Positions 17,269 to 26,611 of a stretch of DNA of 64,000 bases are shown one piece after another. The notes below the pieces were generated by a model, which saw only the letters and a list, made by a program, of their open reading frames with translations, ran no database searches and had not been told where the DNA came from. The stretch is from Polyangiaceae bacterium (lineage in GTDB: Bacteria > Myxococcota_A > Polyangia > Polyangiales > Polyangiaceae). Location of the stretch: NCBI GenBank assembly GCA_044222475.1, contig JBGANF010000015.1, positions 28,963-92,962 on the forward strand. The letters run 5' to 3'. A program made the translations under genes and the position numbers. Each line of letters opens with the position of its first letter. Position 1 is the stretch's first letter.

Positions 17269-18840
17269 TCAGGCACTGCGTCGGGCGTCGGCCTCTCCGG
17301 TCGGCGCCCTTCGCATTTTGTGGCGCAGGGCCAGGCCCAAGGCCGCGATCGCCGCGAGCGCGATCACCGGGACGTCGCCGAACCGCCCGTAGAGGGTCGG
17401 GTCGGTCTCGAGCAGCGCGGGCGTCGCGACGAGGGAGCCCGCGAGCTCCGCCGGCCAGCGCGCGCGCACGCGACCGGCGGCGTCGACCCAGGTCGTCGGT
17501 CCGCGGTTCACCGCGCGGACCATGTCGCGCCGGTGCTCGACGGAGCGGAGCACCGCGAGGCGCAGGTGGAGCTCGCTCTCCTCGCTTCCGAAGAACCACG
17601 CGTCGTTCGTGACGTTGACGAAGAGGTTGGGGCGTAGGGCGGCGGCTTCGCGACCCGCCTCGGGGAGGTTGTCCTCGAAGCAGATGAGGACCGTCGCGCG
17701 GATGCCGCCGACCTCGAAGAGACGCTGGCTGCTGCCGGGGAGGAGGAAGCCGGACTGGGCGAAGGTCTTTCGAAGGACCGGGAAGGTCTCCGAGAAGGGC
17801 ACCTCCTCACCGAACGCGAGGAGGTGGAGCTTGTGGTACGGCGGCGAGATGCGGCCGTCGCTCGCGAGGACCGCCGAGTTGTACGACCCACCGCCGCGCC
17901 CGCGCGTCATGACGCCGGTGAGCACCGGACCGTGGACGCCGGGCTGGAGGATCGCGTAGCTCCCCATGAGGTCGGCCGTGCCAGCGGTCTGCTCGCTCAT
18001 CGCGTAGGGGAACGCGCCTTCGGGCCAGACGACGAGATCGGGCGTCGGCTTCTTCGCTTCCGCGGTGCGGGTCAGTCGGCCGAGGTTGTCGACGATCTGC
18101 TCGGCACGGTTGGGGTCCCAACGCTCCTTCGCCTCGGTCGACGGCTGGACGAGCGCGACCTGCGCGCGCTTCGCGGCGGCGATCTGCGCGTCGGCCCTGG
18201 CCATGCGGAGCGCGCCGTGCGCGGCGGTGAGCAGCGGCAGCAGGATCGCGGCACCGGCGAGGGCGCCGGCCGTCCTCCGTTCGCCGCGTCTAAGGAACGC
18301 CTCCGCGAGGAGCGCCGAGGAGATCGCCATCAAGAAAGTCACGCCGCGCTCGCCGACGACGTCGGCGAGCTGGATCATCACCGGCCACGGCGTGACGCCG
18401 CCGGCGGCGCTCCAAGGGAAGACGACGGGCACGAACGTGGACGCGTAGATCCCGATCGCGAACGCGAGCCACCGGGGGACGCGCGCGCGCTCGAGCCAAC
18501 CCTGGAGGACCGCGCCGACCGCGAAGCGCCACCCCTGGAAGAACCCGAGGAGGACGAGAGCGAGAAGGCCGGCGGCCCAGGGCAGGGGAGTGAAGTTGGC
18601 GATGACCGCGGGGACGAACCGCAGAGCGACGATGTTGGCGCCCGCGCCGAAGAGGATTCCGCGGAGCGCGCCACGGAGCCAACGGCGCTTCTTGTCCCAA
18701 CTTGGGATCTCTTCGTGGAGCGAAACGGCGTACCCGGCGGCACCGATCCAGAGGGCGGGGTAGACGTTCGTGGGAGGCGCGGCGAGGGCGAAGAAGGCGC
18801 CGGATGCGAATGCGAGAAGCAGTCTTTGGCGAGGGGTCAC
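17269..18840 (-). CDS. lnt: Apolipoprotein N-acyltransferase
   Basis: TM N-terminus, WPEGA, YHKLHLLAFGE, ICFE and NVTNDAWF. Confidence 0.95.
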   Translation of the reverse strand: MTPRQRLLLAFASGAFFALAAPPTNVYPALWIGAAGYAVSLHEEIPSWDKKRRWLRGALRGILFGAGANIVALRFVPAVIANFTPLPWAAGLLALVLLGFFQGWRFAVGAVLQGWLERARVPRWLAFAIGIYASTFVPVVFPWSAAGGVTPWPVMIQLADVVGERGVTFLMAISSALLAEAFLRRGERRTAGALAGAAILLPLLTAAHGALRMARADAQIAAAKRAQVALVQPSTEAKERWDPNRAEQIVDNLGRLTRTAEAKKPTPDLVVWPEGAFPYAMSEQTAGTADLMGSYAILQPGVHGPVLTGVMTRGRGGGSYNSAVLASDGRISPPYHKLHLLAFGEEVPFSETFPVLRKTFAQSGFLLPGSSQRLFEVGGIRATVLICFEDNLPEAGREAAALRPNLFVNVTNDAWFFGSEESELHLRLAVLRSVEHRRDMVRAVNRGPTTWVDAAGRVRARWPAELAGSLVATPALLETDPTLYGRFGDVPVIALAAIAALGLALRHKMRRAPTGEADARRSA

Positions 18841-18867
18841 GTGAAGTAGCCGGTGATCAAACTAGCA

Positions 18868-19467
18868 GAGACTTCGGAGTGTGCTTCGCGCGGAAGTGAG
18901 GCCAAGACTTCGGGCGGTGCTTCACCTCGGGAGTCAGGGCGAAACTGGGAAGGTGCTTCGCATCGGGGTCAGGGTGAAACAGGAAGGGTGCTTCGCATCA
19001 GGAGTGAGTTGCGAGACGCTGGCGTAGTTCACTCTGGTAAGGGGGATTGCATCCCCCTCGGCGCTTCGCGCCTCACCCCTAGCGGGATCGGGACCGCGTT
19101 CGCGGCCCCGACCCAAGACGCCCCGCGGAGCGGGGCCCCCCACGGGCGGGGCTCCCACGGGTGGGTCTCGGGGACTGCTAGGGTGCCCACGTACCAGGTT
19201 GGGACGAGACTGGGAGGGTGCTCTGCATCTGGGGTGAGTTGCGAGACGCTGGCGTAGTTCACCCTGGTAAGGGGGATTGCACCCCTGCGGGTATCACGAA
19301 GCGCGCCATCCCCCTCGGCGCTTCGCGCCTCACCCCTAGCGGGCTCGGGACCGCGTTCGCGGCCCCGACCCAAGACGCCCCACGTTGTGGGGCCCCCCAC
19401 TGGCGTGGCTCCCACGGGGTGGGTCTCGGGGACTGCTAGGATCGCGACGTACCAGGTTGGGACGAGA
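18868..19467. repeat. Dispersed modular repeat, locus B: about four 35-38-bp units plus two tandem ~230-bp cores
   Basis: Cores start at 18987 and 19217 (period 230); the second core carries a ~27-bp insertion; near-identical to loci C and D. Confidence 0.95.
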
Positions 19468-19475
19468 ATGCGGTT

Positions 19476-19952
19476 TCAGCCCAGCCAGCGTCGGAGCTCT
19501 TTGGGCTCGAGTGAAGCTCGCTTTGCTGCCGCGGCGAGTGCGAGTCGCGACAGCTTTCCACCCGGCGGGCGGGCGATCGCCGCGAGCTCCGTTTGCCAGT
19601 GCAGCGCCGCATCGTCCCCTGCATGTGCGCTGACGAAAGCCTCGGTCAACGCGGCATCGACGTTGCGGCGCGTGCCGAGCCAGCGTTTCGCCCGAAGCAG
19701 CGCACCGAGCTCGACATGAAACCAATGCATCCCGACCATCCAGGCCTCCGGAGCCGACTTGCCGTCAGCTGCTCGAAGGAGCGCGAGGCGCCTCTCGACC
19801 TCATCGTCCCCGAGTGCGTCGAGCTCCCGTAGCGAGCCAGGAAACGTCTCGGAAAGTGCCCGAAGCCGCGCGATGGGAGGATCAACGCTCCGGGCCCGCC
19901 GAAGCGCCAGGATCTCTGCGTACTTCGCGAGCAGCCTAGCAGTGATCGTCAT
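19476..19952 (-). CDS. Hypothetical 158-aa protein between inverted repeat copies
   Basis: ATG 19952, MTITARLLAKYAEILALRR...FPGSLRELD...PPGGKLS; the ORF-track extension to 20081 lies in the repeat. Confidence 0.7.
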   Translation of the reverse strand: MTITARLLAKYAEILALRRARSVDPPIARLRALSETFPGSLRELDALGDDEVERRLALLRAADGKSAPEAWMVGMHWFHVELGALLRAKRWLGTRRNVDAALTEAFVSAHAGDDAALHWQTELAAIARPPGGKLSRLALAAAAKRASLEPKELRRWLG

Positions 19953-19996
19953 CTCTTCCCGAGTGTACCCATGCGGCGCCAAGTCGCCACCCCCGC

Positions 19997-20348
19997 AGTC
20001 TCGTCCCAACCTGGTACGTGGGCACCCTAGCAGTCCCCGAGACCCGCCCCGTGGGAGCCACGCCAGTGGGGGGCCCCACAACGTGGGGCGTCTTGGGTCG
20101 GGGCCGCGAACGCGGTCCCGATCCCGCTGGGGGTGAGGCGCGAAGCGCCGAGGAGGATGCCATCCCCCTTACTAGAGTGAACTACGCCCGCGTCTCGCAA
20201 CTCACTCCCGATGCGCAGCACCTCCCGAAGTCTTGGTCTCACTCCCGATGCGCAGCACCTCGCGAAGTCTTGGCCTCACTCCGAATGCGCAGCATCTCCC
20301 GACGTCGCGGTCTCACTATCGCGCAGCCACGCCCGAAGTCCTGTCCCC
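19997..20348. repeat. Dispersed modular repeat, locus C (inverted relative to B)
   Basis: Reverse-complement core at 19997-20222, then about four 37-bp units CACTCCCGATGCGCAGCACCTCCCGAAGTCTTGGTCT that degenerate outward. Confidence 0.95.
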
Positions 20349-20364
20349 GTGGTAACCTTCCTTC

Positions 20365-21426
20365 ATGACGGACGGAAAGCGCGAAGTCGACGAGGCTCGC
20401 CAAGAGCTCCTCAAGATCGACGGCCAACTGCTCGCCGCGCTCGAGAAGCGCGCGAAGGTGTCGCGTCGCATCGGCGACCTCCGTGAAGGCAAGCCGCAGC
20501 TCCCGTTGACCGAGCGCGCGCAGATCGCCGCGCTCGTCGCCCGCGCGAGCGGCGACATGCCGGTCGAGGACCTCCGCGTCATCTTCGGTCGCATCTACGC
20601 GAGCTGCCTCGCGCTCGAGCTCCCGTTGGTCGTGTCGTACGTCGGCCCCGCCGGCGGTCCGGCCTACGAAGCCGCGCGGTCGCGCTTCGGCGCGGGCGGC
20701 GAGCTCGTCCCGTCGGAGGGTGTCGGCGGCGCACTCTCGGAGGTCGCGAAGGGGAGGGCGGAGTTCGGCGTGATCCCGATCGAGACGCTCTCCGAAGGGC
20801 TCGTCCAGCCCTCCCTCGAAGCGCTCCTCGCGACCGAGCTTCGCATCGTCTATGTCGTCGAGGTCGCGAGCGACATCTCGCTCGTGACGAAGACCGGCAA
20901 CGAAGCCGACGTCGAGAAGATCTACGCGACCGCCCAGGATCACGCCCGAGCGGCGCAGTACCTCACCGGCAAGAAGATCACCGTCGTGGACGTGAAGACG
21001 CCCTCCATCGCGTGCGACTTCGCCGCAGAGGACCACGGCGCCGGCGCGCTCGTCTGCGAGACCTACGGCGTCGAGCGCGGGCTCCTCGTCGCGCGTCGAT
21101 CCGTGAGCGACGGCGGTCCCGAGCGGATCCGATTCGCGATCGTCGGCCAGCGCCCGAGCGGCCGCACCGGCGACGACTGCACCGCGTGCGTCTTCAGCGT
21201 GAACGACGCGCCGGGCGCCCTCCTCGGCGTCCTCAAGGTCTTCGCCGACCGCGGGATCAACCTGAAGAAGATCCAGTCGCGCCCGACCCCCTCCGAGGAG
21301 TGGGACTACCTCTTCTTCCTCGAGCTGAGCGGCCACCCCACCGATCGCGCGCTCGTCAGCGCGTTCGAAGAGGTGCGCCAGCGGACGCGCTTCTTCAAGG
21401 TGCTCGGCTCGTACCCCACCACGTGA
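20365..21426 (+). CDS. pheA: Chorismate mutase / prephenate dehydratase
   Basis: CM domain IDGQLLAALEKR, GVIPIETLSEG, ACT domain PGALLGVL...INLKKIQSRP and KVLGSYP. Confidence 0.95.
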   Translation: MTDGKREVDEARQELLKIDGQLLAALEKRAKVSRRIGDLREGKPQLPLTERAQIAALVARASGDMPVEDLRVIFGRIYASCLALELPLVVSYVGPAGGPAYEAARSRFGAGGELVPSEGVGGALSEVAKGRAEFGVIPIETLSEGLVQPSLEALLATELRIVYVVEVASDISLVTKTGNEADVEKIYATAQDHARAAQYLTGKKITVVDVKTPSIACDFAAEDHGAGALVCETYGVERGLLVARRSVSDGGPERIRFAIVGQRPSGRTGDDCTACVFSVNDAPGALLGVLKVFADRGINLKKIQSRPTPSEEWDYLFFLELSGHPTDRALVSAFEEVRQRTRFFKVLGSYPTT

Positions 21427-21475
21427 ACGAGACGTCTCGCGCTTCCGCGGCCGGCGCGGTACGCTCTCCCGAGCC

Positions 21476-22456
21476 ATGAGTCTCAGGTTCCTCCTCGCCG
21501 CGCTGTTGGTTCTACTGGTGGGGGCGTGCGGTGGAGGCGGCGCGACGCCGAAGGGGCCCGACGTCCCGACGGTCCCCGAGCTCACCTCCGAGGTCATCGA
21601 AGGCGACCCGTGGATCCTCTTCCCGAGCGGCGCGCTCATCGTCGCGACGTTCGACGCCAAGGCGTTCTACGGCCAGAAGACCTTCGGCCCGCAGGTCGCG
21701 CAGCTCGTCGAGCAGTACGCGCCGATCGGCGCGGAAGCCGGCTTCTCTGCGGCGCGCGATCTCGATCGCGTCGACGTCGGCAGCTACTCGCTCGCCGGGT
21801 ACGACGTGCTCGCCGTCTTGATCGGACGCTTCGACCTCCAGAAGATCCAAGAGCTCGCGAAGAACAAGACCGCGACGAAGGGCGGCGGCGGGCCGATCGT
21901 CGAGTCGACCTACGCCGGCCGCACGCTCTACACCGTGAGCAACGTCGGCTTCACCGTGCTCACGCCCAAGGTCGTGATCGCCGGGACCGAGACGGCGATT
22001 CGGCGCGCCCTCGATCGCATCAAGGACGGTCGCGCGAAGCGCGACGTGTTCCCGTGGATGCTCGACACGATGGCGACGCCCGGCGTCGCGTTGGCCGCCG
22101 CCGGAGACTTCAAGAACCAGCCGCTCGGCGCGATGGCCGTTCAGGGCTTCCGCGTCCCCGCGACCGACGGGCTCACCGCGTTCCGCGCGCTCGGGACGTT
22201 CCAGGAGCCAGGCCTCCAGATCGCCGGCGCGCTCACCTACGACAACGACGCCCACGCTCAAGCCGGGCAGGCCGGCTTCAAGCAGCTCGTCGCCATGTAC
22301 AACGGCTACGCGACCGTCTCGGGCGCGCTTCCGCCCGTTCGCGACGTCACCGCCACGATCGAAAAGACCGACGTCCAAGTGAAGTTCGCGGTGGACGATC
22401 AATCGCTTCGTACCTTCTTGGGAAAAGTGCCCCAGCTGTTCCCCCCACCGCGATGA
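21476..22456 (+). CDS. Hypothetical lipoprotein
   Basis: Lipobox VGAC; coding-like codon usage. Confidence 0.8.
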   Translation: MSLRFLLAALLVLLVGACGGGGATPKGPDVPTVPELTSEVIEGDPWILFPSGALIVATFDAKAFYGQKTFGPQVAQLVEQYAPIGAEAGFSAARDLDRVDVGSYSLAGYDVLAVLIGRFDLQKIQELAKNKTATKGGGGPIVESTYAGRTLYTVSNVGFTVLTPKVVIAGTETAIRRALDRIKDGRAKRDVFPWMLDTMATPGVALAAAGDFKNQPLGAMAVQGFRVPATDGLTAFRALGTFQEPGLQIAGALTYDNDAHAQAGQAGFKQLVAMYNGYATVSGALPPVRDVTATIEKTDVQVKFAVDDQSLRTFLGKVPQLFPPPR

Positions 22457-22466
22457 TGACCCGTCC

Positions 22467-23537
22467 ATGATCTACGGCTTCGAAGAGATCGGACCGGACC
22501 TCGCCCGGCCGCCGATGGCGGCGCGGCGCGCGCTCCTCTGCGCGGGCGTGTCGGTCCCCCTCGAGACGTGGCAATCGCTCCCGATCGAGATCCGCCGCGC
22601 GCTCGTCGACGAAGGAACGCGGCCGGCGGTCAGCGAGATCAACGTCAAGAACTCCGTGTCGCCGGTGCTCAAGCGCATCCGGTTCATGGGTCCGGTCAAA
22701 GACCCCCCGCTCGACGCGATCCCGCCGTCCGTCTTCGAATCCCTCCGCAGCTTCCGGCCCATCACCGTCGAGGAGTGGCGTCGCCTCACGCCGCTCGACC
22801 GCTACATCCTCGTCGCGCTCTCGGGCAACAGCCGCCTCCTCTACCGCGCGATGGAAGAGGTCGGCACCGGCATCCTGTCGTCGGTCAAGCTGCGGCCCTG
22901 GATCGGTCCGCTGGCGCGAGCGACGGTGCAGGCGCAAGTGCCGGCCCTCGCCGAGCTCTCGGCCGGTCACTTGATGGACGGCAAGGCCCTGGTGCTCAGC
23001 CGCGCCGCCGGCGTTCGTGCCGCCCGCCGCGCGCACGAGATCCTCGACGGCTACGGCGAGAAGTACGCCGGCCCGGTCGAGCTCGACTCGCGCATCGACC
23101 TCGGCGAGGGACACGTCGTTCTCCAAGCGCACGTCAGCACCGTCGACGGCGAGTTCTTCGGCGCCGCCTCCGTGCTCGCGGTCGCGGCCGCTGCCGCCGC
23201 GATGCGAGACGCGTTGTCGGTTCGAGACGCGCGCGCCACCATCGAACAGGTCGGGCTCCGCGAGGAAGCGTGGAGCGTCGGGATCAGCGCGTTCGGCGAG
23301 GAAGCGACCGCGGTCGTCAGCGCCAAGGCCGTCCACGGCGCGCGCGCTCTGGCCGCCGCCGCCGCCGAGGCTCCTCCATCCAGTCCCGCGAGCGTACCGA
23401 CCGCGCCACCCTCCACCCCCGGCGCGGCGGCGGCGCCGCCTCCGGCCACCGGCTTCCCGGGTTGGATCGTGGCAGTGATGGCGATCACGACGCTCCTCTC
23501 GCTCGCCGCTGCTGCCGCGACGCTGCTCCGGCGATGA
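22467..23537 (+). CDS. Nitrate-reductase-associated (NarM-like) domain + degenerate MoaC-like domain + C-terminal TM
   Basis: YGFE...PMAARRAL...WQSL and EEWRRLTPLDRYIL (NarM-like); GKALVLSRAAGVRAARRAHEIL and AVAAAAAAMRDALSVRD...IEQV (MoaC-like). Confidence 0.6.
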   Translation: MIYGFEEIGPDLARPPMAARRALLCAGVSVPLETWQSLPIEIRRALVDEGTRPAVSEINVKNSVSPVLKRIRFMGPVKDPPLDAIPPSVFESLRSFRPITVEEWRRLTPLDRYILVALSGNSRLLYRAMEEVGTGILSSVKLRPWIGPLARATVQAQVPALAELSAGHLMDGKALVLSRAAGVRAARRAHEILDGYGEKYAGPVELDSRIDLGEGHVVLQAHVSTVDGEFFGAASVLAVAAAAAAMRDALSVRDARATIEQVGLREEAWSVGISAFGEEATAVVSAKAVHGARALAAAAAEAPPSSPASVPTAPPSTPGAAAAPPPATGFPGWIVAVMAITTLLSLAAAAATLLRR

Positions 23538-24928
23538 CCGAGCTCGTCGTCCACTCACAGACCGCTCCGCTCACCGGGAGCGTTCGGCTCCCCTCCGACA
23601 AGAGCATCGGACATCGCGCGCTGGTCTTCGGCGCGCTCGCTCACGGGACGACCCGCCTTCGACGCGTCGTCCTCGGCGGCGACCATCGCTCGACGATGGG
23701 GGCGCTCCGCGCGATGGGCGTCGCCTTCGACGAGGAAGGCGAGGGCCAAGATCGGAGCTTGAGCATCCGCGGCGTCGGGCTCTTCGGTCTCCGTCCTCCG
23801 TCCGCCCCGCTCGACTGCGGGAACTCCGGAACGACGATGCGCCTCCTCACCGGGCTCCTCGCAGGTCAGGAGTTCGCGAGCGAGCTCGTCGGCGACGCGT
23901 CGTTGAGCCGCCGCCCGATGATGCGCGTCGCCTCACCCCTGCGCGCACGCGGCGCGCGCATCGAAGGCACCGAGGACGAACGAACGTTCCGCGACGCGTT
24001 CGGCGAGCGTCAAGACATTCGTCCGCCGCTCCGCATCGCCGGCATGCGCGAGGGCGAGGCCCTGGGCGCGCTCGAGTACGAGCTTCCGGTCGCGAGCGCG
24101 CAAGTGAAGAGCGCGCTGCTCCTCTCCGGTCTCTACGCGCACGGCATCACCGCCCTCCGCGAGCCGCTCGTCACGCGCGATCACACGGAGCGATTTCTCC
24201 TCCACCTCGGCGTGCCGCTCGCGACGGAGGGCTCGGTCGTCGCGCTCGATCCCGCGGGCTGGAACGGCCAGATGAAGGCGTTCGACATGGAGATCCCCGG
24301 CGACCTGTCCGCAGCGTCGTTCATCCTCGCCGCCGCGCTGCTCGTCGAAGGCTCGCGCGTCACGGCGCGGAGCGTCGGGACGAACCGAACGCGCGCGGGA
24401 GTCCTCGATCTGCTCCGCGACATGGGCGGTGCGGTCGTCGTGGAGCCGCGCGGAGACGAAGCCGGGGAACCGGTCGCCGACGTGCACGCCAGCGGCTCGT
24501 CGCTGCGCGCGGTGCGCGCCGCCGGCGAGCTCGTGAGCCGCGCGATCGACGAGATCCCCATCGTGGCCGCGCTCGCCGCCTGCGCCCGAGGCGAAACGAA
24601 GATCACCGACGCCGCCGAGCTCCGGGTCAAGGAGAGCGACCGCATCGCGAGCACGCTCGCGATGCTGCGGGCGTTCGGGGTCGACGCCGAGGAGTCGGGG
24701 GACGGGATGGTCGTCCGAGGTGGCGCCCCCCTTCGACCCGCCGAGGTGGACTCCCGCGGCGACCACCGCATCGCGATGGCTGCGGCGGTCCTGGGGCTCG
24801 CCGTGCCGCCGGGGTCCTCGGGCCCGGCGACGACCGTCGTTCGCGACGTCGACTGCATCGCCACGAGCTTCCCCCGCTTCGTGGGGACGCTGCGTGCGCT
24901 CGGCGCGACCATCGACGTGCGCGGCTGA
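23534..24928 (+). CDS. aroA: EPSP synthase
   Basis: PSDKSIGHR, DCGNSGTTMRL, SAQVKSA, PGDLSAA, LRVKESDRI and DHRIAM. Confidence 0.97.
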   Translation: MTELVVHSQTAPLTGSVRLPSDKSIGHRALVFGALAHGTTRLRRVVLGGDHRSTMGALRAMGVAFDEEGEGQDRSLSIRGVGLFGLRPPSAPLDCGNSGTTMRLLTGLLAGQEFASELVGDASLSRRPMMRVASPLRARGARIEGTEDERTFRDAFGERQDIRPPLRIAGMREGEALGALEYELPVASAQVKSALLLSGLYAHGITALREPLVTRDHTERFLLHLGVPLATEGSVVALDPAGWNGQMKAFDMEIPGDLSAASFILAAALLVEGSRVTARSVGTNRTRAGVLDLLRDMGGAVVVEPRGDEAGEPVADVHASGSSLRAVRAAGELVSRAIDEIPIVAALAACARGETKITDAAELRVKESDRIASTLAMLRAFGVDAEESGDGMVVRGGAPLRPAEVDSRGDHRIAMAAAVLGLAVPPGSSGPATTVVRDVDCIATSFPRFVGTLRALGATIDVRG

Positions 24929-24948
24929 GCCTGCTAAGAAGCCCGGTC

Positions 24949-25638
24949 ATGCGCGCGAGACCCATCGTCGCCATCGACGGTCCCGCGGGAGCGGGGAAGA
25001 GCACCGTCGCGCGTCGGCTGGCGGAAGCGCTCGGCTTCACGTTGGTCGACACCGGCGCGCTCTATCGAAGCGTCGCTCTCGCGGCGAGCCGCGCGAAGAT
25101 CGACGTCACGGAGCACCAGAAGATCGCCGAGCTCGCGATGAACCTCGCGCGCGACGCCGCGATTCGATTCGTCCGCGACGAGCGCGGCCTCCGCATCCAT
25201 CTCTCCGGTGAGGACGTCTCCGAGGCGATCCGCACGCCCGACATCGCGATGAACGCGTCGACCGTGTCGGCGATCCCTGCCGTGCGCGACGCGCTGCTCG
25301 AGCTCCAGCGCCAGGCCGGCCGCGAAGGGGGCGTCGTCCTCGAAGGTCGCGACATCGGCACCGTCGTGTTCCCCGATGCCGAGGTGAAGTTCTTCCTCAC
25401 CGCCGACGACGCGGTCCGCGCGCGCCGTCGCTACGACGAGCTCGTAGCGAAGGGGCAGGGCGGCACCTACGAAGCAACCCTCGAGGACGTGCGCCGGCGC
25501 GACAAGCAGGACACGATGCGTCCGGTCGCGCCCCTCAAGCGCGCTGACGACGCGATCCTCGTCGACTCGTCGAACCTCGACATCGACGCCGTCGTTCGGT
25601 CGATGGTCGAGAGCGTCGAGCGCGCGCGTGGGCGGTAG
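24949..25638 (+). CDS. cmk: Cytidylate kinase
   Basis: IAIDGPAGAGKST-type P-loop, DTGALYR and EGRDIGTVVFP. Confidence 0.97.
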   Translation: MRARPIVAIDGPAGAGKSTVARRLAEALGFTLVDTGALYRSVALAASRAKIDVTEHQKIAELAMNLARDAAIRFVRDERGLRIHLSGEDVSEAIRTPDIAMNASTVSAIPAVRDALLELQRQAGREGGVVLEGRDIGTVVFPDAEVKFFLTADDAVRARRRYDELVAKGQGGTYEATLEDVRRRDKQDTMRPVAPLKRADDAILVDSSNLDIDAVVRSMVESVERARGR

Positions 25639-26530
25639 CGGTCTGCGGGCCGCCGGCTCCGCCGCGCTGCTCGCGGCCGTCGCCTGCACACCACCACCGG
25701 CGCTCCCGACGAAGACGCAAGCCGCGACCGATGCGTGGTTCGACCGGGCGCTCGATCACTCCGCCGACACGATCGCACGCGTCGATCTCGCCGCCACCAT
25801 GGATCGCGGTGCGCTGCGCGGCGCCATCATCGACGTCCTCCTCGCCGTGTTCGATCGCGCCCTCGGAGGCGGACCCGATCTGCACCGCGCGGTCGAGGCC
25901 GCGTCGGAGATGACGATCGCTGCTGCGCCCGCCGGTGACCCGTTGGTGATCCTCCGCGACGTCCCGCTCGCGCTCGATCCGCGTTCGCTTCCCGCGGCCG
26001 ACGGCGGTCGTCAGTTCACGCTCGCGAACGTCGGAGAGTATGTAGAGTACAACTACTCTCCGTTGGCCGGCTCGCTCTTCGTGCTCCGCGACGGCACGTG
26101 GATCGTGGGCGCCGGGCACGCGTCGCAGAATGTGAAGAACGCGTTCGCCGCGGCGCCCGGCGCGCCGGTGATGCCGAAGCGGACACCGTCGCCGGCGGTC
26201 GTCACGCTCTGGATGCCGGCGGCCGCACTCCGCGCCGTCGCCACCCGTGAGCGCCTGAAGCTGCTCGCGCCGGTCTTCCTCCGGGCGACCTCGCTCGACG
26301 GTACGCTGACCACCGCGGACGTGGCCGAGGCCCACCTCCACTACTCGACGGCCGAGGACTGCCTCGAGGCCCACGCGACCCTCGTCGACGTGGTCCGAGC
26401 CTTCCGTAACAAAAACGACTCTAATTCCGCGTGGATAGGTACGGCGACCCTCGCCCACGACGCGCTGACGGTGACCGCCACGGTGACCATCCCCCCGGAC
26501 GCCTTCCGCGCGTTCGTGGACGCCCACTGA
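25628..26530 (+). CDS. Hypothetical lipoprotein
   Basis: Lipobox AVAC; overlaps cmk stop. Confidence 0.7.
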   Translation: MGGSGLRAAGSAALLAAVACTPPPALPTKTQAATDAWFDRALDHSADTIARVDLAATMDRGALRGAIIDVLLAVFDRALGGGPDLHRAVEAASEMTIAAAPAGDPLVILRDVPLALDPRSLPAADGGRQFTLANVGEYVEYNYSPLAGSLFVLRDGTWIVGAGHASQNVKNAFAAAPGAPVMPKRTPSPAVVTLWMPAAALRAVATRERLKLLAPVFLRATSLDGTLTTADVAEAHLHYSTAEDCLEAHATLVDVVRAFRNKNDSNSAWIGTATLAHDALTVTATVTIPPDAFRAFVDAH

Positions 26531-26582
26531 AGAACCGTTAGCCGGCTTGCGCTTTCGCGTGGGGAGACACCGGCCGGCCCCT

Positions 26583-26611
26583 TTGACAGGCCGCGCGCCA
26601 TGCCGTAGATC
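26583..26611 (+). promoter_or_regulatory. sigma70-type promoter of rpsA
   Basis: TTGACA-N17-TAGATC, about 85 nt upstream of the rpsA ATG. Confidence 0.65.

Noticed and set aside
18868..20348. Integron cassette with attC sites, or group II intron remnant
   Set aside because: The flanking copies are inverted rather than direct, there is no integrase, and no recognisable domain V motif
18853..20368. ORF-track ORFs within the repeats (e.g. 18853..19257, 19029..19415, 20018..20368; also 63423..63758 and 3556..3906)
   Set aside because: They are translations of the non-coding repeat, and frames are not preserved between copies
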